Below, one piece after another: positions 48,253-58,587 of a stretch of 64,000 nt of DNA; the first letter of the stretch is position 1; each line of letters opens with the position of its first letter. Origin of the DNA: Thraustochytrium aureum. Taxonomy: Eukaryota. A program made the position numbers and the translations under genes. The stretch spans positions 19,113-83,112 of the forward strand of contig BLSG01000273.1 in NCBI GenBank assembly GCA_012862495.1, given 5' to 3'. The notes under the pieces were generated by a model. It saw only the letters and a list, made by a program, of their open reading frames with translations, had not been told where the DNA came from and did no database searches.

Positions 48253-48921
48253 GTGCCGGTTGTGGCGGCTGCGAGTTGGGCGTTGGCAAGATGTTCGGGC
48301 AGGGGATGGTGCTGCAGCGGCGCGGTGGCCACGGCGGTCAGGAGCGCTCTGCTGGAGCAGGCCGCGGTGTTTCCCACGAAGTCGGCGCTGCGGTGCACGC
48401 AGCAGAAGGTGCGCTGGACGTTCGATGAACTGCTGACCCACTCGGGCGCGGTCGGGAGCGGCCTGCTTGGCGTCGGGCTCAAGCCGGGCGCCACCGTGGC
48501 CTCGGCGCTGGGCAACAACGCGGAGAACGTGACGCTGCAGCTCGGGGCCGCCGCAGCCGGGATGCGCCTTGCGAGCGCTGCCGTCGCGGAGAAGGCGCTG
48601 ACCAAGGACGCTGTCGTGCGGCTCTTGCAAGAGCAAGAGGCGAGCGTGCTGGTCGTCTCGCCCGAGCAACTACCGACAGTGTACGAGGCGGTGCCGGAGC
48701 TCAAGGCCATCTCGCCGCGCACGAGCGCGCCGCTGGCCCTCGAGAGGTTTCCCCACCTCAAGTACGTGTACCACACCGGCGCGAGCGCGATGAGCGGCAC
48801 CTACAGGTTCCGCGACATGCTCGAGTACGCGCCGATGAAGGAGGTGCTCGACCTCGTCGAGGGCGACAAGTTTGACTTTTTGGTCGCCGTGGACGCGGCA
48901 ACAGGCGCGGCTGGCAGCAAG
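48253..48921 (+). CDS. AMP-binding/acyl-CoA synthetase (ACSF2-like) N-terminal region; start uncertain, 3' in gap
   Basis: LEQAAVFPTKSAL..QQKVRWTFDEL...GLLGVGLKPG...NNAENVTLQLGAAAAG...VPEL...FPHLKYV matches the ACS N-terminal subdomain. Confidence 0.7.
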
Positions 48922-49730
48922 NNNNNNNNNNNNNNNNNNNNNNNNNNNNNNNNNNNNNNNNNNNNNNNNNNNNNNNNNNNNNNNNNNNNNNNNNNNNNNN
49001 NNNNNNNNNNNNNNNNNNNNNNNNNNNNNNNNNNNNNNNNNNNNNNNNNNNNNNNNNNNNNNNNNNNNNNNNNNNNNNNNNNNNNNNNNNNNNNNNNNNN
49101 NNNNNNNNNNNNNNNNNNNNNNNNNNNNNNNNNNNNNNNNNNNNNNNNNNNNNNNNNNNNNNNNNNNNNNNNNNNNNNNNNNNNNNNNNNNNNNNNNNNN
49201 NNNNNNNNNNNNNNNNNNNNNNNNNNNNNNNNNNNNNNNNNNNNNNNNNNNNNNNNNNNNNNNNNNNNNNNNNNNNNNNNNNNNNNNNNNNNNNNNNNNN
49301 NNNNNNNNNNNNNNNNNNNNNNNNNNNNNNNNNNNNNNNNNNNNNNNNNNNNNNNNNNNNNNNNNNNNNNNNNNNNNNNNNNNNNNNNNNNNNNNNNNNN
49401 NNNNGGGCCTGTGCTTTGAGTTGTGTACGCGTGCGCGCCGGATTAGCGCGACGCAATGGCTCGACGTGTAGGCTGCTTTCCGAACCAGAGTTTACCCACT
49501 CCCCCGTACTTGCGTAGCCAGAATCAGTAAATGCCGTCCGGGTCTGCAGTGCTGCAAGCCAAAGCAGAGCCATGGAGGCGGCACGATCAACCCGACCCCG
49601 TTCAGCCAAACTTGAATCGGGTTGCAGCTGCGGGCAGCGCGAGCGGATCGCTCTGTAGAGCTCGAGCGAGGTCCGTTTCGGTTTTTGTTTGATCTTCGTT
49701 TATTCTAGTAGCAACGTTTCGTACAACAGG

Positions 49731-50176
49731 TCAGAGCGGCGCGGGGGCTGGGGCCGCTGGCTGCTCACTCGGTGGCGCTGGCGGCCGGGCTTGCGGATCC
49801 GGGGAGCCGTGGCTGTGGCCGTGGTCGTGGCCGTGGCTGTGGCCGCAGCGGCGCTTCAAGCTTGGCTGTGTCTTCTTCCCTGCATACCCCGGGTACCTGC
49901 GCCGGAACTCCTCTTCATTGTCGCTTTCTTCCGACTCGGACTCGCTCTCGTCAAAGCCCCGCGGCTTGTGGTAGATGCAGCACTTGTTGCTCTTCTTGCG
50001 GTTCAGGTGCTCGTTGTTCACGACCTTGTCGTCCCAGGTTACCCGCACCTGCTCGCTCTCGCTCGGGAGCCGGAGCCGCAAAAGCATCGGCGGCTCGACG
50101 GCTGCGCCACCTGTGACACCGTGGCGGTGGCCGTCGCAGTCTGGCTGCCGCCGCCGCCACCGTCCGTTGTCGCCAT
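49731..50176 (-). CDS. PPP1R11: Protein phosphatase 1 inhibitor-3 (Ypi1/PPP1R11) (frameshift ~50097)
   Basis: RVxW motif VRVTWDDKVVNNEHLNRKKSNKCCIYHKPR followed by acidic SESESEESD. A Thr-rich N-terminus from ATG 50176 joins via a one-base shift. Confidence 0.92.
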
Positions 50177-51953
50177 CGGCCGAGGCGACACCCTGGCTGT
50201 GTCGCCCCAATCTCAACGCCCCGCCGCCCTCCACGAGGTATACAGTGCCCGGCCCCCCTTGCAAGGCTGCGGGGTGTGGCGAGCGTCCAGGTAGTGCGCG
50301 TGTGCCAAGTTTTCTCGTCGGGACCTCGGCAGAAGCTGCGCGGCGTGAGCTGCGCGACCGCCAAGCGTTTTCGCGCTTTCGAGAATACTCGTGATCAAGC
50401 CAATTCACGAGACGCTCTTTCGTGATCCGTCAACCATCATGACCGTGCGCTTCGCCACCCACGGTGCGCGGAGAGGGCGCGCGGCGACGGATGGCCGGTC
50501 TACTGCCAGGCACCGCGCAAGAACAGGTATTGGTCAGTTGCTCGGTCGGTTTGGACTGGGTATACATTTTGCCAGCGCTCGAGGAAGGCGGCTCCGCCCA
50601 CAGCCGGAGCTGGCAAGCGGATGGCGTTGTAGCCAGAGCGCGCCCGGACTGCGTCGCTAATCACAAGTAACCTCGACTCGCCAGGGCCCGGCGCTGGTCC
50701 CGAGCGCAGAAGCAGACCAGCTGTGCAAGCCGAGGTCAGCGTGGCGCGGCAAGTCCATCGGCCGTATGCCAAACCGCAGTGGAGTGGGTTCCGAGGTAGT
50801 ATCTTTCGATGATCTTGATGGCTCGGCTGTTCAACGCCCCGCATGAAAGCGCGCTGGTTTTGAGGCGACCGATCGCGAGCGAGTAACGGATTCAGTCGGC
50901 TCCAGGCAGGAAGATCCCAAATGCGCTGAAGCCACGACCTCCACGCCAGCTTGATGATGTTGGCAACCCTCCTTGATGATGGCATCAGGCTGTTCGCCTT
51001 GCGCATCATTGCCATTGCATGCGTTGGCTGGCGGGTCCACTGCCACTGGTGCCACTGGTGCCACTGGTGCAGCCTGTCTCGCGCTCTAGTAGAGAGAGCT
51101 GGCGAGCGCGTTGGCGGAGGATCCTCCCAGCCAAGACCTCAACTTGTGCACCGCGCAAGATGACTCTGGTGAGGTGAGGCCACACAAAGCGAGGAGACCA
51201 CTTGGTACAGTGCGTAGGTGGAGTACCTCCCCGCCGCGCGGCCCGACGGCTTTCCTTTGATCACGATCGACACGCTCGGAAGCCCGTGAGCCCGAACCCG
51301 CGCGTGGCGCTCAGTACATCCTGCCCGCGTGCGGCCCCGCGGCAAACCTCCAGACAAGATGAAGCTATGCGGTATTGCCCAAAATAAGCCGTGTTCCGAA
51401 TTCAATTTGCATCGCACCCCCAATAGGAACTTTTGCGGTTGTGCACTGCTCGTTGCACGCGTCAATGTGCAGGAATGGACCGGCCAGTGTGCTCGGTTGA
51501 CTATGTGCGAGGAGGCTGCTGACTCGATGACTGCTGTTGGCGCGAGACACGATGGCTGCGTGTGCGGCTGCAGCGAAGCATGGGCTGCTGTCGACAGTCA
51601 AGCCACCCTGGCGCAAGCGGATACTACCCTTCATACTTCTACCAAGGAGGCTTCTACATCGATCAGCAATGGCATCTGGCATCCTTTGGTTGCCCCCGAG
51701 GCTGACGACTTTTCCCTCCTCCAACGAGTTGCCCTTGCCGCTTGCGCAAGAGGAGGGAGGACCTTGGACCGAACAGTCCGGCCCTCTCCTAGCGCGCGGC
51801 GACGGTTGTGCTGTGCACTCAGGCGTCCTTGAGCCGTTCTGGAAGTGGCTGGCTGGCTCAGGCTCGCTCAGCGAGGTGAGGTGCATCACCAGACCCGAAA
51901 CACAGGCTGAGGGATTGACCTGCACGGATTGCATCCAGTCTGACCCTGCGAAA

Positions 51954-53102
51954 ATGAAGCTGTCTGCAGTCGCCGCGGGCGTCGCCGCGGCGGCCGTCTT
52001 CCTGGCAGCTGCCCCGGTCGCCCAAGCGACCGAGTTCCCTTGCCCGTGCGGGTACATCGGCGAGTCGTGCAGCGAGACCGGGTATGTGAACAGAGACGAT
52101 GTCCAAGTCCCGGCCGTGGTGACCAAGTTTCCCAACGGGACGTGCCAGAACGCATGGCTGTGCACGGTCGTCGACGAGCAAGCCAAGTGCGTTTGTAACG
52201 GTGGGTTTGACGGCGACCTCTGCGAGAACAAGGTGGAGATCATCCTGGGCAGCCTCATCGGCGCCGGCATCGTGATGCCCGTCGGAATCGTCGTAGTGTG
52301 CGTCTTGCTGATTCTGCGCAGGGAGAAGAAGAACGGAGGCAGCGACTGGAAGTTTGACCCCAAGGCGGTCACGCAGGGGCTCGCTTCGCCCAAGGCTCTG
52401 CTTGCTTATCGTACGGCGATGTTTCTGTTCGCCTTCACCGTGCAAGTGGTCCAGTTCGCCAACCGCGCAAACGGAGATTTCACCATTCGCTCCCTGTACC
52501 GCTTCTTCACGGTGGTCAACTTCTCGCTGCTCACCGTCTACTTTGGAATTGGAACGTATCTTTCTGCCAAGGCCGTGTTCAAGCCGAACGCAGAGCGCCC
52601 TGCCGCCCCGACTCGCCTAGAGCGGCTCTTCCTCGTCATGATGGAGGTCGAGTTGCCTACCACAGTCCTCATTTGCGTCGTGGTTTGGGCTGTCCTCTTT
52701 CCACCGGCGGCGGCGAACGGCACGCCAGAGATGGTGGTGAACTTTATGTCCTTTGTGCAGCACGGTGCCAACGTGCTGATGATGCTGGGGGACTTTCTGC
52801 TGAACGGGCTGCACTTTCGCCAGTTCCACATCGTGTACACGCTGATCTGGGGCGCGATCTACATCATCTACCACAACCTGATCATGCTCGTCGAGTTTAG
52901 CCTGGACAAGCCGCACACTCCCTCGTACGGGTTCCTGGGCTCCACGACGCCGCTGCAGGCTGCCTTTGTCGTGGGCCTGCTCGTGGTCTGTTGGTTCTTC
53001 TTTTTCCTCACGACGTTCGGCAACCGCTGCAAGGCCCCAGAGCCGCAGATGGGCGACGAGGAGGGCGTGGGGTCCAAGTTGGACGTCAATCTGCAGGCCT
53101 AG
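51954..53102 (+). CDS. Signal peptide + EGF-like Cys domain + multi-pass membrane domain of rolling-stone/FAR-17a-AIG1 type
   Basis: MKLSAVAAGVAAAAVFLAAAPVAQA; CPCGYIGESC and CVCNGGFDGDLC; ~7 hydrophobic helices with RFFTVVNF, VQHGAN and SYGFL motifs. Confidence 0.7.
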   Translation: MKLSAVAAGVAAAAVFLAAAPVAQATEFPCPCGYIGESCSETGYVNRDDVQVPAVVTKFPNGTCQNAWLCTVVDEQAKCVCNGGFDGDLCENKVEIILGSLIGAGIVMPVGIVVVCVLLILRREKKNGGSDWKFDPKAVTQGLASPKALLAYRTAMFLFAFTVQVVQFANRANGDFTIRSLYRFFTVVNFSLLTVYFGIGTYLSAKAVFKPNAERPAAPTRLERLFLVMMEVELPTTVLICVVVWAVLFPPAAANGTPEMVVNFMSFVQHGANVLMMLGDFLLNGLHFRQFHIVYTLIWGAIYIIYHNLIMLVEFSLDKPHTPSYGFLGSTTPLQAAFVVGLLVVCWFFFFLTTFGNRCKAPEPQMGDEEGVGSKLDVNLQA

Positions 53103-53914
53103 TCGGCAGGTCCTTTTCAGTTGATTGAACAACACAGTTTTGACAGACAAGTAAATACCTACATTTGCCTTCTTGTGACCTCCACGCCTGACTCCAAAAA
53201 CGAAGGTGGTTTTCAAAGTACTGGCCTGCAGCAAACGGAACATGCTGGGTACGGGCTGACCATTTACATCGTTCCTTGGGGGGCGCGCCAACCCGAAACG
53301 CACGCCCCGGTGCATGGGCCCAAGTCAAAGACGCACAGCGATCTGGCCAGGACCTCTTTCTTCTAGCGTGCTTCCTCTCGGATGGCCCAACAGCCAAGCT
53401 GGCGCCAGATTGCGCAAAGCGATTCCGCGCGGGGCAGGCAGAAGTACCCTACCTTGGTCCACCAAGGCATGCAGGCCAGAGTTCTGCCCGGCCTTGCGCC
53501 ATCCTTCACTTCCCGTCTACAGCAGCACTCGCGTTTGTAGCTCTAGAGCATAGTCATGAGTGCTCTACGTATCCATAGCTCGCTCGCGCTCGCGCTCGCG
53601 CGCCGCCGCGAACGTGATGCTGCGGACCGAGAAGAAACGACGCAGAGTTGCAAGGATTTTGAGGCCGTGGCCGTTGCGGCAGCCAGACACAAAAACCAGG
53701 CACGCAGGCACAACTCGAAGACCGGCCGGCCGGCAGCGCGACGCGAGCAGGCCAAGGCAGCAGAACCCGGCAAAGGGACNNNNNNNNNNNNNNNNNNNNN
53801 NNNNNNNNNNNNNNNNNNNNNNNNNNNNNNNNNNNNNNNNNNNNNNNNNNNNNNNNNNNNNNNNNNNNNNNNNNNNNNNNNNNNNNNNNNNNNNNNNNNN
53901 NNNNNNNNNNNNNN

Positions 53915-56180
53915 GCTCGCTTTCGGCGGGTTTGCGGCGCTGACGCTCAGCGCGGTGCGCGCGAAGAGCCGCACCTTCGACGCGCTCCGATGACTCGAGG
54001 AGGTCGACTCGGACCGCGCCCTTGGCTGGGTGAGAGAGCAAAACGCGGCCAACCCCTTCAGGGGCGAGGGCCCGCAGGCGGACCAGCTCAAGACCATCTT
54101 CGACTCGAAAGAAAAGATCCCCTTCGTGAGCAAGGTGAACGGCATGTACTACAACTTTTGGAAGGACGACAAGCAGGAGCGCGGGATCTGGCGCAAGACC
54201 ACGCTCGAGGAGTTCCGCAAAGCCGACCCGAAATGGGAGACGGTGATCGACCTCGACGCCCTCTGCGCGGCAGATGGAGAAAAGTGGGTTTGGGCTGGCG
54301 CTGCTGTCATCGACCTCGGCCCCGACCAACCTCGCGATCGCGCCCTGATTAGCCTCTCGCCTGGCGGCGGAGACGCTGTGCATGTGCGCGAGTTCGACAT
54401 GGTGGCCGAGACATTTCTTGGTGCGGAGGCGAAGCCGTTTGTGCTCCCTGCGGCGAAGACGACCGTCTCGTACAAGGACCGGGACACCGTGCTGGTATCT
54501 ACCGACTTTGGGCCGGGCTCGCTGACCACCTCTGGGTACCCGCGTGTCGTCAAGGAGTGGCGGCGCGGCACGCCGCTCGCCGAGGCAAAGACCGTCTTTG
54601 CGGGGGACGCGAGCGACGTGAGCGTGTACGGGTCGTTTATGCGCGAGCGTGGCGGCTGCTCGTACCAGCTGACGCGCCAGCGAACGGGGTTTTACACGAC
54701 GCGCGACTACTTGCACGTTGTGGAAGGCGTGGAAACGCCGGAAGGCGAACCTGTGGCTGTGCCTGCGGGCGCAGAGCCCATTTTGCTGCCGCTCCCCGAC
54801 GATGCTTCCGCCGACTTTTACGCTGACCAGGTCCTGATTGAGCTACGCTCCGAATGGAAGGGCTTCTCGAAGGGTTCACTCCTTGCTGCCGCGGCCCACG
54901 TCATCCTGCGCGCCAAAACCGACCAGGACATCGACCGAGCCGACCTCACCGCCCTCTTCCGCCCAACGGAGCGCGTCGCGCTGCGCGACTACACCAAAAC
55001 GCGGTCGCTCCTTGTCTTGGGTCTGCTGGACAACATCAACAGCAGGCTCGAGGCGCTGCGCTACGAAGGCGCGGGCCGCTGGGTACCTGCACCCGCTCCG
55101 GTGCTTGGCGACGGCGGTATTTCCACCGTGGACTGCTGGGCCGTCGAGTCGAAGATGTCGGACCTGTTGTGGGCCACTACAGAGGCGTTTACAGAGCCCA
55201 CGACGCTCTCAATCGTGGACGCCACTGGAGGGGCCCCGCCAGACTCGCTCAAACGCGAGCAGGCGCGCTTCCCAAGCGCCGGCCTCGAGGTGGCGCAGCA
55301 CGAGGCCACTTCGCTCGACGGCACCAAGGTGCCCTACTTTCAGGTCAGCAGTGCGGCGCGAAAGGGCTCGCCTGGTCCCACTCTCCTGTATGGGTACGGC
55401 GGCTTTGAGATCAGCCTCAAGCCGGCCTACCAGATCACCACCGGGGTGTGCTGGCTCGCGAAAGGCTTCACCTATGTCTGTGCCAACATCCGCGGCGGCG
55501 GCGAGTTTGGCCCGCAGTGGCACCAGGCCGCCCTCAAGGCCAACCGCAACAAGGCCTACGAAGACTTTGAGGCGGTCGCCAAGGACCTGGTCGCGCGCGG
55601 CGTGACCACGCATAGCCAGCTCGGTGCGATGGGGGGCTCCAACGGCGGCTTACTCATGGGCAACATGCTTACGAGGAGCCCCGACTTGTTTGGTGGCATT
55701 GTCTGCATGGTCCCGTTGTTGGACATGAGGCGCTACTCCAAGCTCCTGGCGGGCGCCAGCTGGATGGCCGAGTACGGCGACCCGGACACGGCAGACTGGG
55801 AGAACTTTTTGCACAAGTACTCGCCGTACCACAACCTGAGCGCGTCTCGCAAGTACCCGCCAATCCTCTTTACTACCTCGTAAGTTTGCCGCAGAGGCGC
55901 GCTGCCGCATTTTGGGTTCCTCGCTGGTCGATTCTTGTGCCTTTGCTAACCGCGCACGTTTGCTGGCCGTGCGCGCAGAACTCGGGACGATCGCGTGCAC
56001 CCTGGCCACGCACGCAAGATGGCCAAAAAGATGCTCGACATGGGCTGCAAGGACGTTTTCTACTGGGAGAACATCGAGGGCGGCCACGGCGGCTCGAGCA
56101 CGAACGGGCAGCGCGCGCAGATGTGGGCTGTGGCGTACGAGTTCCTCGAGCACGTCTTGTCTGATCAAGCTGCGCGCTGA
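53915..56180 (+). CDS. Prolyl oligopeptidase, peptidase S9A (intron 55880-55978; 5' end in gap; in-frame TGA 53991-53993)
   Basis: YGYGGFEI, NIRGGGEFGPQWH, catalytic GGSNGGLL, spliced TSTRDDRVHPGHARKM (Asp) and EGGHGG (His). Confidence 0.95.
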
Positions 56181-56383
56181 CTGGTTGACCGTCAGCTCAC
56201 ATCAATCGACGTGCTTCTTTCAATGCGAAACAGAGGAAACGAGAACGGGGCGGCCGGTCACGGTGAGCGCCATGGGCTGGCCGCGTCGCTTAGCAGCATC
56301 GCAGATAATTTTTGTTTCGTCACAGAAAGGTACTCGGGAGGGATGGATGGGGTTTTTCGGTTGCAGCGAGAACCGCCGTTGTT

Positions 56384-57913
56384 TTACACCGCAGCCAGCT
56401 TTTCTACTGGCTCGAGCTTGAACGCGACCACGCCCGCGATGACCATGAACACAGAGGCGACCCAGAGGCACATGGAAAGCCCAAACTGCTCTTCAGTGAA
56501 CTGGTAAATCACACCAGAGGCCATCGTGCCCACGAGACGGCCCATCGCGTTGGCCATGTAGTAAAAACCGAGGTCCATGGCCGCCTTGTCCTTGCCCGAG
56601 TACAGGACAATCAAGTAGCTGTGCACGGACGAGTTGACTGCGAACAGGAACGCAAAGGCAAACAGCCCGGCGATGAGGACCGCGCCAAGGGCTGCTTGGA
56701 GCGGACCCGTCTCGTTCTGCGCCACAAACTCCCGGTACAGCGGGTACATAATGCTACCCCACACGAGGAGCTGCACGGCGTTGGCAAAGGCCCAGCCTGG
56801 GACGTGCTTTTCAGTGGGCGGGCCGTCGAAGCCGGAGCACTTGCAGCAGGATCCGCAGCAGCCACACCTGCCGCGCTTGGCGGGCGCAGAGACTTCACCA
56901 GAAGGCGAGGACTCCACGTGCTTTTTGGTCTTGTAGAGCTGCGTTGTCGCGGTCTGGATGTTGCCGTAAACGATTATGTACCCCCCCATAAAGAGGCCCA
57001 CGGAGAACGCGGGCCACCCAAGCACGCCGCGCAGAAAGATTGGCGCAGCGATCTCGAACCACGTGTCGCGGCTCCCGAACAGAAACACGCGCGCAAGAGA
57101 GAGCCAGTTGACGTTGGCCGACTTTTGGAAAATAGCCCAGCTAAACTGGGCCGTCTTGCGGGACCCCTTGCCGAGCGTTGGTTCCATCCACCGCAACGGC
57201 ACGGGGATGATGAGCACGACGACGCCGAGGAGGACGCCGATGGCCGCCTCGAACCCGGCAAACTGGACCAGAATAGCGCCTAAAATGGCGCCAACGCCCT
57301 TCAGCGTGTTCTTGAGGCCCGTGACCACCGCGACAAGCTTGAACAGCTGGTCGTTGGCGTCCGCCTTGGTGACGAGCTTTGGCACCGTCTTGCAGCTGAT
57401 TTTCATAAAGTCCTTGCTGATCCCGGAGAGCATCTGGCACAGCGTGATGTAGACCGTGATCTGCACGCGCTTATCGGCCGGAACTGATGCGTCTGTGGCG
57501 CCAAAGATCGGGTTGACCAGCATCAGCAGGGTGAGCCCCATGATTTGCAGCACTACCGACGTGAACAGCGTTGCTTTGAGGCCGTACCGCGTGGCGGCGA
57601 TGCCGCCAAACAAGTTGGTGACGACGCCTGCGACCTCGTACAGCGTAAACATGAGCGCGATTTGGATTGGCGTGAACCCGAGGTTGTTTGCGTGGAGCAG
57701 GATGATGACTCGAATAGCCCCGTCCGTGATGGTGAACATGTTGAACGAGTAGACTGTCGCGTACAAGTTGTAGATGCTCGCTACCTCTGCCTCCGCTGGT
57801 GCCTTCGCTTCCCCTGCGGCCAGGTTGTCCATGCTCACTACCCCGCCCGCCTCGACGCCAACATCATCGACTTGTGCGCCCGTCACGTCGCGCTCACCGG
57901 AACTCGGGAGCAT
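56384..57913 (-). CDS. arsJ: ArsJ-like organoarsenical efflux MFS transporter
   Basis: FTITDGAIRVIILLH..LGFTP.QIA.MF..YEVAGVVTNLFGG, LSGISKDF.K.S.K, LFKLVA..TG.KN.LKGVG, ARVFLFGSRDTWF, FAVNSSVHSYLI and GFYYMANAMGRLVGT are the ArsJ signature blocks. Confidence 0.88.
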   Translation of the reverse strand: MLPSSGERDVTGAQVDDVGVEAGGVVSMDNLAAGEAKAPAEAEVASIYNLYATVYSFNMFTITDGAIRVIILLHANNLGFTPIQIALMFTLYEVAGVVTNLFGGIAATRYGLKATLFTSVVLQIMGLTLLMLVNPIFGATDASVPADKRVQITVYITLCQMLSGISKDFMKISCKTVPKLVTKADANDQLFKLVAVVTGLKNTLKGVGAILGAILVQFAGFEAAIGVLLGVVVLIIPVPLRWMEPTLGKGSRKTAQFSWAIFQKSANVNWLSLARVFLFGSRDTWFEIAAPIFLRGVLGWPAFSVGLFMGGYIIVYGNIQTATTQLYKTKKHVESSPSGEVSAPAKRGRCGCCGSCCKCSGFDGPPTEKHVPGWAFANAVQLLVWGSIMYPLYREFVAQNETGPLQAALGAVLIAGLFAFAFLFAVNSSVHSYLIVLYSGKDKAAMDLGFYYMANAMGRLVGTMASGVIYQFTEEQFGLSMCLWVASVFMVIAGVVAFKLEPVEKLAAV

Positions 57914-58587
57914 GGCGGCAGCTCGCTTATCTAAGATGTGGTAGGTCCTCAAACCCCGCTCCAAAGTTCGCGTCCACCCCGGTGTCTCGCCCCGGTGTCT
58001 TCGGTGCTTGGGCGTTTGGCGTTGGGTGTCTGCGATCTGACCTGCGCGGGGCTCGCGTGCGCGCCAAGGAGCCCAAGCAACAAGTAGCCGTTCGACGACG
58101 CGTCGGGCAAAACCTTCTCACAGCGGTATTCTCCGTCGCGAAAGGCCTCTCGGACATTCTCGCCCACAAGCTCCACACGCTTCGAATCTTCAGTCTGGTG
58201 GATGCCTTGGTCGTGAGCGCGCTGTTGTACGTCCTGCATGAGACGGACTTTACGACTTCACTTTTTTTTCCGTCGAGAGCCGTTCGCCGGAACGCGCAGA
58301 GCACACCAATGAAAGGATGCTTGAGAGGAACGCACCGGCATGGTGTGTGCGAAACGCTTTTGACTGGACTCATCCCCGTTGACGAGCGAGAGATTGATTG
58401 AACGATCGATCGATCGACTCGAGAGCGCGCGCACTTAGCAAGCGACTGAACAGGCGCAGCGAGTGCGGACCGCCGCGCAGCAGTGGGCCAAGCGCTGGAC
58501 GGCCATCGAGCGGTAGATCGACGCTGTGCACGGACGGACGGTCGGTCGGTCGGTTGTGCCCGTGGTCTGTTTGTTGAAGCGGGGCTG

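Noticed and set aside
49800..49850. His-rich tail (CGHSHGHDHGHSHG) on PP1 inhibitor-3
   Set aside because: His-rich low-complexity tails are common in this family; not novel.
53991..53993. Alternative genetic code (TGA=Trp) or selenocysteine
   Set aside because: TGA terminates several genes here, Trp is otherwise TGG, and the site is a Trp rather than a Cys position.
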